Source: Octopus sinensis
Lineage: Eukaryota
NCBI RefSeq assembly: GCF_006345805.1
Contig: NW_021832725.1
Span: 1-33,290 of the forward strand
Direction of reading: 5' to 3'
DNA length: 33,290 nt
Position 1 is the first letter of the stretch. Each line of letters begins with the position of its first letter. Of this stretch, positions 32,290-33,290 are shown in pieces. A model generated the notes under the pieces. That model saw only the letters and a program-made list of their open reading frames with translations. It was not told where the DNA came from and did not search any database. The translations under genes and the position numbers were made by a program.

Positions 32290-33290
32290 GTAAAACAAAG
32301 GGTTCTTTTAATAATTCAGTCAAAAGGAAGGAGCTGAGCCCTTCGTGACCCAAGTGAAACAAGTGAGTCCAAGGCAGTTGCTATCTATCTTAATCTACTG
32401 CCGGGAAAACAGGAACGAGCAGGAAATTTGCAGGGCAGAGTGACTGAGCATGGAGATAAAAACCAAGGCCTGACGGGGCGGGTGATAATATCGGTGATAA
32501 GAAGAGAGGTGACATGTGTATGGTTTGAGGATAGGCAGAAATAGCAGCCAACTAGCTAACTCCAAAGGGTAGGGTAGAAGACAGAGGTTCTGTGAGGCAG
32601 AGGTTAAGTTATTCAAGTGACTTTTGGAGTGAAGGATACTGTTTAAGTGAAACAGCAGCAGCACCGTTCCAAGTAGGGTACCAGTGTTTTATTGGGGGTC
32701 TTAGGGATTGGTAGTAACTGGCGGTTGAAGTACTTTCTGGTTCTTAAGAGATTTCATGTTTGCGACGAAATCATTGCTACGTTGGCCTGTGAGATCACCA
32801 GGGGAGAGCCTCACTGGCTGAGATGTCTACATTTTGTAGTTAGCTGAAGGGGTTTAGCTGTGTATTGTTTATGATTAGGGTAGAGGTACATGGGTGTTTC
32901 TTTGACATGTGTTGTGATATTGTGTTTATGTAGTGTTGAGGGAGATAAGATTGATATGTTCCCATTACAGAATGCTTTCGAGGTTTTTGTTCATTCTAAA
33001 AGTGCAGGTTTGGTGAGTGAGCGGCGTCTAGGTTGCATATGGATGACACATGTGTGCGGAAGGATATGGAAGAGTGATATAAGGTGGGTGAGGATAATCT
33101 ATGTGGGTGGAGTGAGCTTTATTGGAATTGATGGCAAGAAGATCGTTCGTGTAAAACAGAAACGGTGTCGGTGACGTAACCGAACATTGAGGCATACTAA
33201 ATATGTGAGAGTGTTGCCGAGCGAGACTTCCATCCATCTCCGTTATGATGGTGCGATTTGACAGAAAGGTTCTGATGCAAGAGACGAGAG
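32290..33290 (-). mobile_element. CR1/L2-group LINE RT and C-terminal region, degraded, cut by the window edge
   Basis: IRTFLSNRTIITEMDG...SMPQCSVTSPTPFLFYTNDLL (cf. GVPQGSVLSPTLFLL..NDL), NLESIL*WEHINLISLNTT*TQ (cf. DL..I..W...N.V.FN..KTQ), LLRTRKYFNRQLL, HLSSYHRYY (cf. LSLFYRYY). Confidence 0.7.

Overview
AT-rich, microsatellite-dense eukaryotic DNA that looks like a coleoid cephalopod (octopus-type) genome; this is inferred from the SINE families and repeat composition, not from a database search. Almost all ORFs in the supplied track are microsatellite artefacts. I can support one host-gene exon: a 172-bp minus-strand exon (7126-7297) with good splice sites encoding a six-cysteine Kazal domain resembling SMOC/pentagone exon 2, so most of the window is probably intronic. 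The rest is decayed mobile DNA: (i) five R4/Dong-type restriction-like-endonuclease (RLE) non-LTR retrotransposon pieces, all next to (TAA)n tracts; (ii) a second, distinct RLE family whose two copies end in (CATA)n-type tracts, a candidate tetranucleotide-targeting retrotransposon; (iii) a Penelope-like GIY-YIG element and three different hammerhead-ribozyme-like motifs, one near a 141-bp palindrome; (iv) three tRNA-derived SINE families (one multimeric with a fixed junction, one carrying an internal microsatellite, one with three alternative 3' tails); (v) RTE and CR1/L2-type LINE remnants, an internally deleted mariner, and a TIR-bounded non-autonomous element. There are also several local duplications and fold-back structures. 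Family names come from motif recognition and need Repbase/Dfam/HMM confirmation; boundaries of degraded elements are approximate.
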